Shown here in pieces: positions 54,484 to 64,000 of a stretch of DNA of 64,000 nucleotides. The translations under genes were made by a program, and so were the position numbers. Numbering within the stretch: position 1 is the stretch's first letter; every line of letters begins with the position of its first letter. The stretch comes from an uncultured Acidobacteriaceae bacterium. GTDB lineage: Bacteria; Acidobacteriota; Terriglobia; Terriglobales; Acidobacteriaceae. Under the pieces are notes generated by a model. That model was not told the DNA's origin. It worked only from the letters and a program-made list of their open reading frames with translations, and made no database searches. Location: positions 540 to 64,539 of the forward strand of contig CAVZMC010000003.1 in assembly GCA_963776125.1 (NCBI GenBank), in the 5' to 3' direction.

Positions 54484-54798
54484 TCAATACTTGGCGCGAA
54501 ATTTCTCGACCACAGACAAAACCTGTTCTTGATCCGTAATCGGCACGGCCCGAAATTCGGCGTCTGCACCCCGCGCGTCAATCCGAATGGACGGGTTCTT
54601 GCGCACGTTCTTAAACCACTGTGTCTCGGAGCCGCGCACGGGCAGAAGGTAAACCTTGTCCTCGTCCAATAGGAACCAGACGGGCTGTGAGATGATCCGT
54701 CCTGACTTTCTGCCGGTCACACTGAGGTTAAGTTCGCGATATCGTGAGAGGCGATCTTTCAGGGCTTCGTTCGGAGCGGGCATGCGCACTCCTGTCAA
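54484..54798 (-). CDS. split-barrel protein, deazaflavin-dependent nitroreductase/quinone reductase-like
   Basis: LSVTGRKSGRIISQPVWFLLDEDKVYLLPVRGSETQWFKNVRKNPSIRI resembles the F420H2_quin_red/PPOX-like fold. Assignment is tentative. Confidence 0.5.
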   Translation of the reverse strand: MTGVRMPAPNEALKDRLSRYRELNLSVTGRKSGRIISQPVWFLLDEDKVYLLPVRGSETQWFKNVRKNPSIRIDARGADAEFRAVPITDQEQVLSVVEKFRAKY

Positions 54799-54870
54799 CT
54801 GGTGCTGGCTTGTTCTTTCCCACCTTTTAAGTAAGGGCTATGATGAAATGCACGAAGTTGCGCCAACACC

Positions 54871-56511
<1,641 letters not shown>

Positions 56512-56681
56512 TTAGAGCGGCCCACGCCTAATCATAATTCCTTGAACATCCTAGACGACGACCAAAAAGGGTTGGCGGTGCGCTGTTTCTTGCGCCCGAG
56601 CGTGCCCTCCGGGATTGCGCGCGCAATGGTAGCCGCATCTACAGCAGGAAATGTTAAGCAGACGAAAAAGGCGAGACCCGT

Positions 56682-57761
56682 TTAGTGCGCCAGCGTCTCG
56701 ACCGCAGGCAGGTTCGGACGGTCTCCTACGATGTAGGTATCCACGCGCAAACCAACCGGCAGTTCGGCGCCTTTATCCAGCTCCACAAGAGTCTCCAGGA
56801 TCTTCCGGTCCACGCGCTCCGTGGGTTCATCGGTGCGCACATTTTTCGGCCCCAACTGCTCGCCCACGCGGACCACGTGGCCCCAGAATTTCTGATCGCC
56901 GTACGCGTCGGCCGTTACGTAAGCTTTTTGGCCGACCCGCACTTTGTTCACATCGGTCTCGTCAACATCCATGCGTACCCGCAGCACGTCTTTGTCGCCC
57001 ACCGTCAGAATGGGATCGGGGACGGTCGAGGAATTGGAAACGCTCTCTCCATTGCGATGGTGTTTGCGCAGCACCGTGCCATCAATCGGAGATTTGATCA
57101 AAGTTTTTTCGTACTTCGCCTGCGCATCGGCCAGCTGCGCCCGTGCCAGCTGCAGGTCGGCTTGCGCCAGCGCGACATCTTCCTCGCGCGTATGGTCGTC
57201 GATCAGGGAGTGCCGCTCCACCGCTTCCTGGTAGCGTGCTTTGGCTACGTTGTATTCCCGGGTATAGCGCTCCATCTCCTCGCGCGAAGTCACACCGGCG
57301 GCGTAGAGTTGTTCGCGGCGCTGCTTCTCCGAGAGCGCATTGTTCATGACCGCTTCCGCCTCCCGCACCGAGGAGAGCGCTTCCGAACGCTCCTGGCTAC
57401 GCGCGCCATTCACCACCTTGCGCAGCGTCGCATCCTTCGCGCTCACGTCAGCCTGCGCCGCCAGCACCTCGGCGCGATAGTCGTCATTTTCCAGCACGGC
57501 CAGGACCTGTCCCTTGTGGACGTGATCTCCCTCCTCGACCAGCACCGAGCGCAGCTTCCCGCTCAGCTCGGAACCGATGGCAATGTCTTCCGAAACCGGC
57601 TCCACGCGGCCGGGTCCGGCGATCAGTGGCTCGGACGGCGCCGGTTTGGGCGCGGATGCGGCCACGCTTTCCGCGGTATGCGTGCGAACGGAAAAGACAG
57701 CCAGTGAAACCGCAAGCACAAAGCCCGCGGCGGCGATCAGGAGGCTGGATTTCTTCTTCAT
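56682..57761 (-). CDS. HlyD/MacA-family periplasmic adaptor
   Basis: N-terminal anchor, biotinyl-lipoyl-like hairpin, long coiled coil (AQADLQLARAQLADAQAKYEKT), beta-barrel. Confidence 0.88.
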   Translation of the reverse strand: MKKKSSLLIAAAGFVLAVSLAVFSVRTHTAESVAASAPKPAPSEPLIAGPGRVEPVSEDIAIGSELSGKLRSVLVEEGDHVHKGQVLAVLENDDYRAEVLAAQADVSAKDATLRKVVNGARSQERSEALSSVREAEAVMNNALSEKQRREQLYAAGVTSREEMERYTREYNVAKARYQEAVERHSLIDDHTREEDVALAQADLQLARAQLADAQAKYEKTLIKSPIDGTVLRKHHRNGESVSNSSTVPDPILTVGDKDVLRVRMDVDETDVNKVRVGQKAYVTADAYGDQKFWGHVVRVGEQLGPKNVRTDEPTERVDRKILETLVELDKGAELPVGLRVDTYIVGDRPNLPAVETLAH

Positions 57762-57804
57762 AAAATACTCCGTAACGAATCTAAAGATGAATTAGGTCCC
57801 GCAA

Positions 57805-58545
57805 CTAAGCGGTCGTCGCGGCAACTCCTGGGTCCTGCCGCAACAACATTTCCGCGAAAACTTCAACCACGGGCTGCGCGATCAGCCCGTCTTCAATTCT
57901 GACCATGCGGTCGGCAAACTCCAGCAACCGGGAGTCATGGGTCACAATCACCACTGCGCGCCCGTTGCGATGGGCCAACTCCCTCATCATTTCGATCACT
58001 TTGCGGCCGGTGTGAGAATCGAGCGCTGCGGTGGGTTCGTCGGCAAGGATGATGTCCGGCTCGCCCGCCAGCGCCCGCGCAATCGCGACTCTCTGTTTCT
58101 GCCCGCCGCTCAAGTCCGCTGGAAAACTGTTGTACTTCTCGCCGATTCCCACTTGCTCCAGCAGCTGCCCGGCACGAGTCTTCGCCGCATCGCCGCGAAC
58201 GCCTTTCAGATCGAGCATCAGCTCGACGTTCTCGCCGGCGGTCAAAGTCGGGAAGAGGTTGAATCCCTGAAACACAAAGCCGATATGCGACAAGCGGATG
58301 GGAGCCAGCTCCTTCTGCTTCAGTTGGCTCACTTCTTTTCCAGAAATCTGCACACTGCCGGTGCTGGGCGAGAGAATGCAGCCCATGATGGAGAGCAGCG
58401 TGGTCTTGCCGCTGCCCGAAGGCCCAACCAGCATCACCAGTTCGCCAGGATGCACATCGAGGTCCAGCCCTCGCAGCGCGGGCACGCCGGAAGCGCCCTC
58501 CGCATAAGTTTTGGTCAGTTCCCGCACAGCAATGGCCGGATGCAT
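57805..58545 (-). CDS. ABC transporter ATP-binding protein (MacB/LolD type)
   Basis: Walker A GPSGSGKTT, signature LSGGQKQRVAIARAL, Walker B ILADEPT. Start set at ATG 58545, 6 nt behind AAGGAG. Confidence 0.93.
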   Translation of the reverse strand: MHPAIAVRELTKTYAEGASGVPALRGLDLDVHPGELVMLVGPSGSGKTTLLSIMGCILSPSTGSVQISGKEVSQLKQKELAPIRLSHIGFVFQGFNLFPTLTAGENVELMLDLKGVRGDAAKTRAGQLLEQVGIGEKYNSFPADLSGGQKQRVAIARALAGEPDIILADEPTAALDSHTGRKVIEMMRELAHRNGRAVVIVTHDSRLLEFADRMVRIEDGLIAQPVVEVFAEMLLRQDPGVAATTA

Positions 58546-58568
58546 TTGCACTCCTTGCTTCTTAAGGC

Positions 58569-59693
58569 TCAACCCTTGAACACCATCGCGGGATCAAGCC
58601 GCGTCACTTTGTTGATCGAAACCAACGCCGCGCTCACGCACATCAGCAGGGTCAGAAAAAACATGCCCACCGCCATCGGCCACGGCATCAGGATGGCCGC
58701 GCCGCCGCTCTGGCTGGCGCGCACCACAAACGCGCTCACGATCATGCCCAGCACATAGCCCATCACCGCGCTGATCGCAGCCTGGGTGATGATCACCTTG
58801 TAGACATAGCTGTTGGGCGCGCCCATCGCCTTCAGCGTGCCAAATTCTTTCAGGTGGTCGACCGTGGTTGCGTAAATGGTTTGCGCCACCACCACAAATC
58901 CCACCACCAATCCCAAAACCGCCGCCAGCAATACCGCAACCCCCGCGCCGGTGGTGAACATCCAGTAGAACTGGGTCATGTGGCTGAATTCGCGGCTGGT
59001 GAAGACCTCGACATCTTTTACGTTTCCCAGAATTCCCTGCCGCACCTGCTCCACGTTAGCGCCCGGCGCCAGCTTCACCAGAATGAAAATTGCTTGGTCG
59101 TCCGGAACATTGGTGAAAACCTGCGCGTTCTTGAACGTCGTGAACACGTAGGGAGAAGTCGTAAAGCTGCGAATGCCATGGGTGAACCCCACGATGCGGG
59201 CGCGATGCCCGCCAATCTCGAACAACTCGCCCACCTGGCTGACTCCGAGCTTTTGCTTGTAAATCTCGTCCATGATGACCGCATCGGGCCGTTTCAAATC
59301 CTGCTCCGTGCCCTGCACCAGACTCCAGGGCTGGGCCAGCGTCGAATCGGCATCGATTCCTATAATCTGCACCGATTCCTGCCGCCCATCGGCACGTTTC
59401 CACTGCGACCAGCGGCTGATGATCTTCTGCGCCTCCTGCACGCCCGGCACGGCTCTTACCTGATAAAGCTTGCGCTCGCTGAAGGGCACGCCCAGCTCAA
59501 CGTAGGGCACATGCCGCGAAGTCACCCACAAATCGGCGCCAGAGTGATCGATCAAGCTGGATGTGGTCTCGGTGAAGCCGACAAACAATCCCAACTCCAC
59601 CACGATCAGCACCACGGCGAACACAATTCCCGTAACCGTGACGATGAGCCGCACTTTGTCGTGAAACAGGTTGCGCCGTGCCAGGGGAGGCAT
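58569..59693 (-). CDS. ABC transporter permease (FtsX/DevC type)
   Basis: 374 aa, N-terminal TM, periplasmic domain, three C-terminal FtsX TMs with EFGTLKAMGA motif. Starts 1 nt after the tetR stop. Confidence 0.88.
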   Translation of the reverse strand: MPPLARRNLFHDKVRLIVTVTGIVFAVVLIVVELGLFVGFTETTSSLIDHSGADLWVTSRHVPYVELGVPFSERKLYQVRAVPGVQEAQKIISRWSQWKRADGRQESVQIIGIDADSTLAQPWSLVQGTEQDLKRPDAVIMDEIYKQKLGVSQVGELFEIGGHRARIVGFTHGIRSFTTSPYVFTTFKNAQVFTNVPDDQAIFILVKLAPGANVEQVRQGILGNVKDVEVFTSREFSHMTQFYWMFTTGAGVAVLLAAVLGLVVGFVVVAQTIYATTVDHLKEFGTLKAMGAPNSYVYKVIITQAAISAVMGYVLGMIVSAFVVRASQSGGAAILMPWPMAVGMFFLTLLMCVSAALVSINKVTRLDPAMVFKG

Positions 59694-59694
59694 G

Positions 59695-60369
59695 TCAGTC
59701 GCCCTCGGCTTTCTTCACGGACGCGAGATTGGAATACTCCGGTTTTAGCAGCCCGTGCAAAATCCCATCCAGCATGACCGTCGTGCGTTCTTCCATCGGA
59801 CGCCAATCCACCCAGGCGGAGTCGTTGCACTTGGCAATTTGGAGCGAAATTACGCCATGCACCGCCGCCCACAGCGTCTGCGAAATGAGATCCGCATCGG
59901 CGATCTCTGCGCGAAACTTTCCCTCCGCAATCGCCTGCTGCACCGTATGCTTCAGCAACGCGTACGCATCGCTCTCTGGATTGCCTTTGACGTCATGGTC
60001 CAACTCGTCAAGCTGCCCCGGCGGATGCGGCGTCATGAACATCAGCTTGTAGTGATTGGGATAACGGAGGCCAAATTCCACATACACCCGCCCAATCTCT
60101 TGCACCCGGACCAGCGGGTCCGGCGACATGGCCGAATTTTGAAAAACCTGAGCCAGGCGCGCGAAATCCTCCTGGCAAAGCTGGTGAAACAGGTCTTCCT
60201 TGTCGGCAAAATGCACGTAAATGGCGGTCGGCGAATATTCGATCTTCTCCGCCACCTTGCGCATGGAGACGCCTTCGTACCCGTGAGTGATAAAGAGCTC
60301 GCGGGCGGCGTCGAGAATCTTGTCCCGCGTCTCCGACTTCTCTCTCGCTCTCCGCTCTAGGACTCCCAT
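59695..60369 (-). CDS. TetR/AcrR-family transcriptional regulator
   Basis: N-terminal HTH ILDAARELFITHGYEGVSMRKVAEKIEYSPTAIYVHF. Confidence 0.9.
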   Translation of the reverse strand: MGVLERRAREKSETRDKILDAARELFITHGYEGVSMRKVAEKIEYSPTAIYVHFADKEDLFHQLCQEDFARLAQVFQNSAMSPDPLVRVQEIGRVYVEFGLRYPNHYKLMFMTPHPPGQLDELDHDVKGNPESDAYALLKHTVQQAIAEGKFRAEIADADLISQTLWAAVHGVISLQIAKCNDSAWVDWRPMEERTTVMLDGILHGLLKPEYSNLASVKKAEGD

Positions 60370-60385
60370 AACGTTGATCCCTTGA

Positions 60386-60412
60386 TTAACAATGTTAACT
60401 TAACACTGTTAA
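60386..60412. promoter_or_regulatory. two tandem palindromes TTAACAnTGTTAA (candidate TetR operators)
   Basis: TTAACAATGTTAA (60386-60398) and TTAACACTGTTAA (60400-60412), 17-43 nt upstream of the tetR ATG on the other strand. Confidence 0.5.
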
Positions 60413-60523
60413 TTTACATACCGTAGTTCTGGTTGTCAAGCACTATTTTCGGATTTCTTCGCGCCGCGCCATCCGGCGGCAGACGATTGAGGACTGGCGA
60501 CCGACGACTGCTTTCTGGGACTA

Positions 60524-60532
60524 TGGGATACT
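60524..60532 (+). promoter_or_regulatory. extended -10-like box TGGGATACT inside CTATGGGATACT, 6 nt before GTG 60539
   Basis: Third copy of the 10-mer CTATGGGATA. Predicts a leaderless DUF971 transcript. Confidence 0.35.
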
Positions 60533-60538
60533 GAAAAA

Positions 60539-60910
60539 GTGATGCCCTCCGACCCCCAATCCGTGAAAGTGAACCTGACCACAGGTAGCGGCGTGGATGT
60601 CTCCTGGAAGGATGGGCACAGCTCGCACTACTCTTTTTCGTTCCTGCGTGATGCCTGCCCTTGCGCGCTCTGCGACGACGAACGAACCAAGAGCGGCCGC
60701 GAGCCCGGAGAATCTGTGAAGCCCGCACCCGGGACGCTCCCTATGTTTAAGCCGGCCGTCAAGCCGCTGTCGGCCGAGGGCGCCGGCAAATACGCCATCA
60801 AGTTCAATTGGAATGACGGCCACGATTTGGGAATTTATTCCTGGGAATTCCTGCGGAGTATCTGCCCTTGCGAAGAATGCAGACTGAAACCAGTGAATGG
60901 CGCGTCTTAG
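60539..60910 (+). CDS. DUF971-domain protein (gamma-butyrobetaine hydroxylase N-terminal-like zinc domain)
   Basis: VDVSWKDGHSSHYSFSFLRDACPCALC and IKFNWNDGHDLGIYSWEFLRSICPCEEC. Confidence 0.8.
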   Translation: MMPSDPQSVKVNLTTGSGVDVSWKDGHSSHYSFSFLRDACPCALCDDERTKSGREPGESVKPAPGTLPMFKPAVKPLSAEGAGKYAIKFNWNDGHDLGIYSWEFLRSICPCEECRLKPVNGAS

Positions 60911-61045
60911 GTTATTTGGGGAATTTGGGCGCCTGTGCGTTCTGCAACGCCTTTGCCAGGTCCGGGTTTTCAGCCAGCACCTGCGCGCGGAAGTTATGAA
61001 CGTCAGGATTTTGCCACCCAGAGTGCATTCCTCTCGAACTCACTT

Positions 61046-61765
61046 TCACCTTCGCCAGAACAAGGAGCCTACGAGGAATATTATTTGCGCGGCGGCGAGC
61101 GACATCCAGATGCGGGCGCGCAGGCGGGAGCGCTGCAGGTCGCGGCGCAGGTCGCCGCGCATATCGTGAAGAAATTCCAGCAGGACTTCGGGCGGCTTGG
61201 GCGGAGGTGGAGGCGGCGGAGCCGGCCGGCCGGGGGCCGCGGAATATGCGGGCTTGGGCGCGTCGGGCAAAAAGATCTTGGGACCGTCGATCACCGCCGA
61301 CCAGCGCGGCAAGAGCATTCTCGCTTCGGGTAGTACCGTGTCGTCGGGTTTCGAACTCAGTTGCAACGACGGCTGCCGTTCCGGGGCCACAAGATCGGCC
61401 AGGCTACGCAGGAAAGACGTGAACCACAGATGGCTCAACTGGTCGGTGATCAACTCGCCGACATCCACCGGCTGCGATTCCAGTTCGAGCGGCGGCAGCA
61501 CCTCCGGGGAAATTACATCGCCCAGGTTCGTAAAGATGGTGCGGTACCACGGCAAGCGCAAGCGGTCTCCCACGGGCGTGCCCATTTGTATGGGGCGCGA
61601 CAGCAGGCGCAATGGAGGCAGTTTTTCCGGGGCAATCTTGTCCGCCAGATTTGCTACCAGGGACCTCCATAGCGGCGGATCCCAGCCTGCGGGAGGAAGG
61701 AAGTTGAGTTCTTCGGCGTCGGAAGACTCCGAAGACCATTCCGGCGGGTTGGTGGGTGTCAACAT
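61046..61765 (-). CDS. tail-anchored hypothetical protein with three ~30-aa internal repeats and a poly-Pro tract
   Basis: Repeats LVANLADKIAPEKLPPLRLLSRPIQMG / IFTNLGDVISPEVLPPLELESQPVDVG / FLRSLADLVAPERQPSLQLSSKPDD. PPPPPPPKPP. C-terminal TM IWMSLAAAQIIFLVGSLFW. Confidence 0.55.
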   Translation of the reverse strand: MLTPTNPPEWSSESSDAEELNFLPPAGWDPPLWRSLVANLADKIAPEKLPPLRLLSRPIQMGTPVGDRLRLPWYRTIFTNLGDVISPEVLPPLELESQPVDVGELITDQLSHLWFTSFLRSLADLVAPERQPSLQLSSKPDDTVLPEARMLLPRWSAVIDGPKIFLPDAPKPAYSAAPGRPAPPPPPPPKPPEVLLEFLHDMRGDLRRDLQRSRLRARIWMSLAAAQIIFLVGSLFWRR

Positions 61766-61820
61766 CGCTGCTTAGAGTGTCGCAACCGGTGCCCGCGGAG
61801 TCAAATGCTTTCACACATCT

Positions 61821-62036
61821 TTACACGGAGCGGACCGTTTTCTTCTTCTTGGCGGTTTTCGCGGCTTCGGGAGCCGCGTCTGGAATCCTGCATTGATGGG
61901 CGTTGAATTGCGATTGGATGGCGGCCTGCGCTCCCATGTAGGGGTCTCCTGAGAATTGCGCATTGCAGAGTTCACAGATGCCGAGGATTGGAACGCCCCG
62001 GACCCGTTTGACGATCCGGAGATTGCGCTTGGCCAT
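61821..62036 (-). CDS. small basic hypothetical protein (71 aa)
   Basis: MAKRNLRIVKRVRGVPILGICELCNAQFSGDPYMGAQAAIQSQFNAHQCRIP...KKKKTV. The rest of the 214-aa track ORF has poor coding character. Confidence 0.3.
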   Translation of the reverse strand: MAKRNLRIVKRVRGVPILGICELCNAQFSGDPYMGAQAAIQSQFNAHQCRIPDAAPEAAKTAKKKKTVRSV

Positions 62037-62279
62037 GCGGACAGTTTCCCACAGAGAAGAGGCATTGGCTAGGGCTTGGTTCGCGGGCGAGAGATGCGTC
62101 GTCCGCCCTGTCGCAACCATGCGCTCAGTTTGCATAACGCCATGCCGCGTTTGCCTCGTTGAGCGGGCGCGTCCCGGCGCGTGATTGGCCGGTAAAATTT
62201 CCGCTTGCCAAGCGGGGCGTCGGCGTAATATCCAATACTTCCCGGAATTTGCGGGCGTGCCGCTTCTGGAAATCTGACC

Positions 62280-63194
62280 ATGGCAACCACCACGACTCCC
62301 ATCAACCTGGCCCTTTCGGAAGACGACTACCCGGCGCTCTATCTCGCCGCCGACCGCACCTCCCGCATGGCGCAAAAGCGCCACCTGTGGTTTACCGGAA
62401 CCATTCTCGGCGCGCTGGTGGCTTGCGCCGCGCTGGGCACGCTTTCGGCGGCTTTTCCCCGGCATAGCCAGGTGCTCGCGCTGTGCAGCACGGCGTGGGC
62501 GGCGACCAGTTTCATGCTCACTTCCATGCGTAAGGCGCTGAAGCCGGAAAAGGCCTGGTACGCCGGACGAGCCGTGGCGGAGGCCGCCAAAAGCATGGCG
62601 TGGCGCTACATGATGGGCGCCGATCCCTACGCCATTTCAATGTCGCCGGTGGAAGCAGACGGCAAATTCATTTCCGACTTGAAAGACATGGCCAAGGATC
62701 AGGCGCAGCCGGCACTGGCCTTCGGCGGCGAATTCAGCGACCGGCCCCAGATTACTCCGCGCATGCGCGAAGTGCGCACGTTGCCGTTGGAGCAGCGCCG
62801 CCAGATCTATGCCGCGGGTCGCATTGCTGACCAGCGCAAGTGGTACGGCAGGAAAGCGCGCCAGAGCCAGGTGGTGGCTAACCGTTATTTCGTGCTCATC
62901 CAAGTAAGCCAGGCGCTGGCCTTGGGCGGGACGGTGTTGCTGTTCTCGGCGGCGATCTCCAAGTGGAATCTGGGTGGCGTGTTCTCGGCGCTGGCCAGCG
63001 CCCTGATCGCCTGGCTGCAAGTGCGGCAACATGAAGAACTATCGCAAACCTACTCCGTGGCCGCGCTGGATTTAGGATTTATTGAAGAGCAGGCGGTCAG
63101 CGTGAATACCGAAAAAGCATTGTCTTCCCTGGTCGTTGACGCCGAGACTACGGTTTCCCGCGAACATGCCATGTGGATGACGCGGCATAACTAG
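62280..63194 (+). CDS. DUF4231/SLATT-family four-TM protein (two 2TM SLATT-like modules)
   Basis: N-module YPALYLAADRTSRMAQKRHLWFTG + 2 TM + EKAWYAGRAVAEAAKSMAWRYMMG. C-module YAAGRIADQRKWYGRKARQSQVVANRYF + 2 TM + QHEELSQTYSVAALDL. Confidence 0.7.
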   Translation: MATTTTPINLALSEDDYPALYLAADRTSRMAQKRHLWFTGTILGALVACAALGTLSAAFPRHSQVLALCSTAWAATSFMLTSMRKALKPEKAWYAGRAVAEAAKSMAWRYMMGADPYAISMSPVEADGKFISDLKDMAKDQAQPALAFGGEFSDRPQITPRMREVRTLPLEQRRQIYAAGRIADQRKWYGRKARQSQVVANRYFVLIQVSQALALGGTVLLFSAAISKWNLGGVFSALASALIAWLQVRQHEELSQTYSVAALDLGFIEEQAVSVNTEKALSSLVVDAETTVSREHAMWMTRHN

Positions 63195-63244
63195 CGAATC
63201 CGCTTGTCATCTCAAGAGATGAGATCCCTAGCGGATGTAGGTCC

Positions 63245-63451
63245 CTAGTCGCCACCAGCGTGGCTTTGGCTGGGCACGAGGACGGGAGTTGTTTTGCTGG
63301 GTTGGTCGCCAAACGCATGCAGGACGGCGAGGAATGCGCCGTAGCCGGCAAAAATCCCAAATCCAACGGACATGATAACCACGGAAAAAAGGACAAAAGC
63401 TTCGATTAAGTTCCCCAAGTTCGGCCCCTTCCGGAGATGCCGCGGCCGCAT
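63245..63451 (-). CDS. small membrane protein (68 aa), weak
   Basis: MRPRHLRKGPNLGNLIEAFVLFSVVIMSVGFGIFAGYGAFLAVLHAF... The longer 172-aa track ORF overlaps uvrA on the opposite strand and is rejected. Confidence 0.3.
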   Translation of the reverse strand: MRPRHLRKGPNLGNLIEAFVLFSVVIMSVGFGIFAGYGAFLAVLHAFGDQPSKTTPVLVPSQSHAGGD

Positions 63452-63623
63452 TCCGGTTTGCGTATTCTGCGAATCGGCTTTGACCCGCTCGCTTGTCGAT
63501 CTACCCGAATTGACGCTTGCCGCGGTTGGCCAATAAACTAGACGAGTAGAATTGCGCACTTCCACTCTCCGACATTTCTGGGGACCCGTCCATATTACGG
63601 AAGGACAGACGAAAACCGTCTCA

Positions 63624-64000
63624 ATGGCCATCACCAAGATTTCCGTTCGCGGGGCGCGGCAGCACAATCTCAAGAACATCGACGTGGAGATTCCGCGCAA
63701 CACCCTGACGGTCATCACCGGGCTCAGCGGATCGGGCAAATCCTCGCTCGCATTTGACACCATATATGCCGAAGGACAAAGGCGTTACGTGGAAACGCTC
63801 TCCGCCTACGCACGCCAGTTTCTGGACCAGATGGAACGCCCCGACGTGGACGCCATTGACGGCCTAAGCCCGTCCATTTCGATCGAGCAGAAGACCACCA
63901 GCCGCAGCCCCCGCTCGACGGTCGGGACCATTACAGAGATCTATGATTATCTTCGTCTCTTATTCGCCTCAATCGGGGTGCCGCATTGCCCCAAATGTGG
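63624..64000 (+). CDS. uvrA: excinuclease ABC subunit UvrA, N-terminal fragment (runs off the right edge)
   Basis: Own translation: [67 protein letters not shown]...HCPKCG. Confidence 0.95.
   Translation, partial: MAITKISVRGARQHNLKNIDVEIPRNTLTVITGLSGSGKSSLAFDTIYAEGQRRYVETLSAYARQFLDQMERPDVDAIDGLSPSISIEQKTTSRSPRSTVGTITEIYDYLRLLFASIGVPHCPKC

Noticed and set aside
63245-63763. 172-aa minus-strand ORF
   Set aside because: Its upstream two thirds are antisense to the clear uvrA start. Only the distal 68 codons (63245..63451), a small hydrophobic protein, are retained, at low confidence.

Overview
High-GC bacterial chromosome segment. Gene content and repeat families suggest an Acidobacteriota (Terriglobia-like) genome, which is inference only. 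It is mostly housekeeping and envelope genes: tldD, pmbA, selD, a molybdopterin oxidoreductase, bamA, RNase P RNA, purB, ubiX, an ECF sigma/anti-sigma pair, proline dehydrogenase, a TetR-controlled DevBCA/MacAB-like ABC exporter, and the start of uvrA. Several small accessory insertions stand out. (1) A 1.7 kb islet splits tldD from pmbA and carries a small wHTH-like ORF, an orphan Rap1a/Tai4-like immunity protein and an AbrB-PIN (VapBC) toxin-antitoxin pair. (2) A stand-alone four-TM DUF4231/SLATT-type predicted pore effector sits beside uvrA. (3) Two secreted Gln/Lys-rich paralogs share a novel C-terminal domain; one is interrupted by a single in-frame TAG that the ORF track hides. (4) A GT4-(alpha/alpha)6 fusion is translationally coupled to a GH130 phosphorylase. 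(5) Two MacB-type permeases lie with convergent GT21 glycosyltransferase paralogs, separated by a 27-bp-arm AT-rich palindrome. (6) A rearrangement scar duplicates the 3' third of a DUF3106 gene and the last 44 bp of the proline dehydrogenase gene, bracketing a 5.4 kb cargo of serine hydrolase, PadR module and S9 peptidase. Three intergenic palindromic repeat families, a recurrent CTATGGGATA extended -10-like motif and several apparently leaderless genes are also visible. I saw no CRISPR array, tRNA, rRNA, transposase or integrase. All family assignments come from motif recognition by eye, without any database search.
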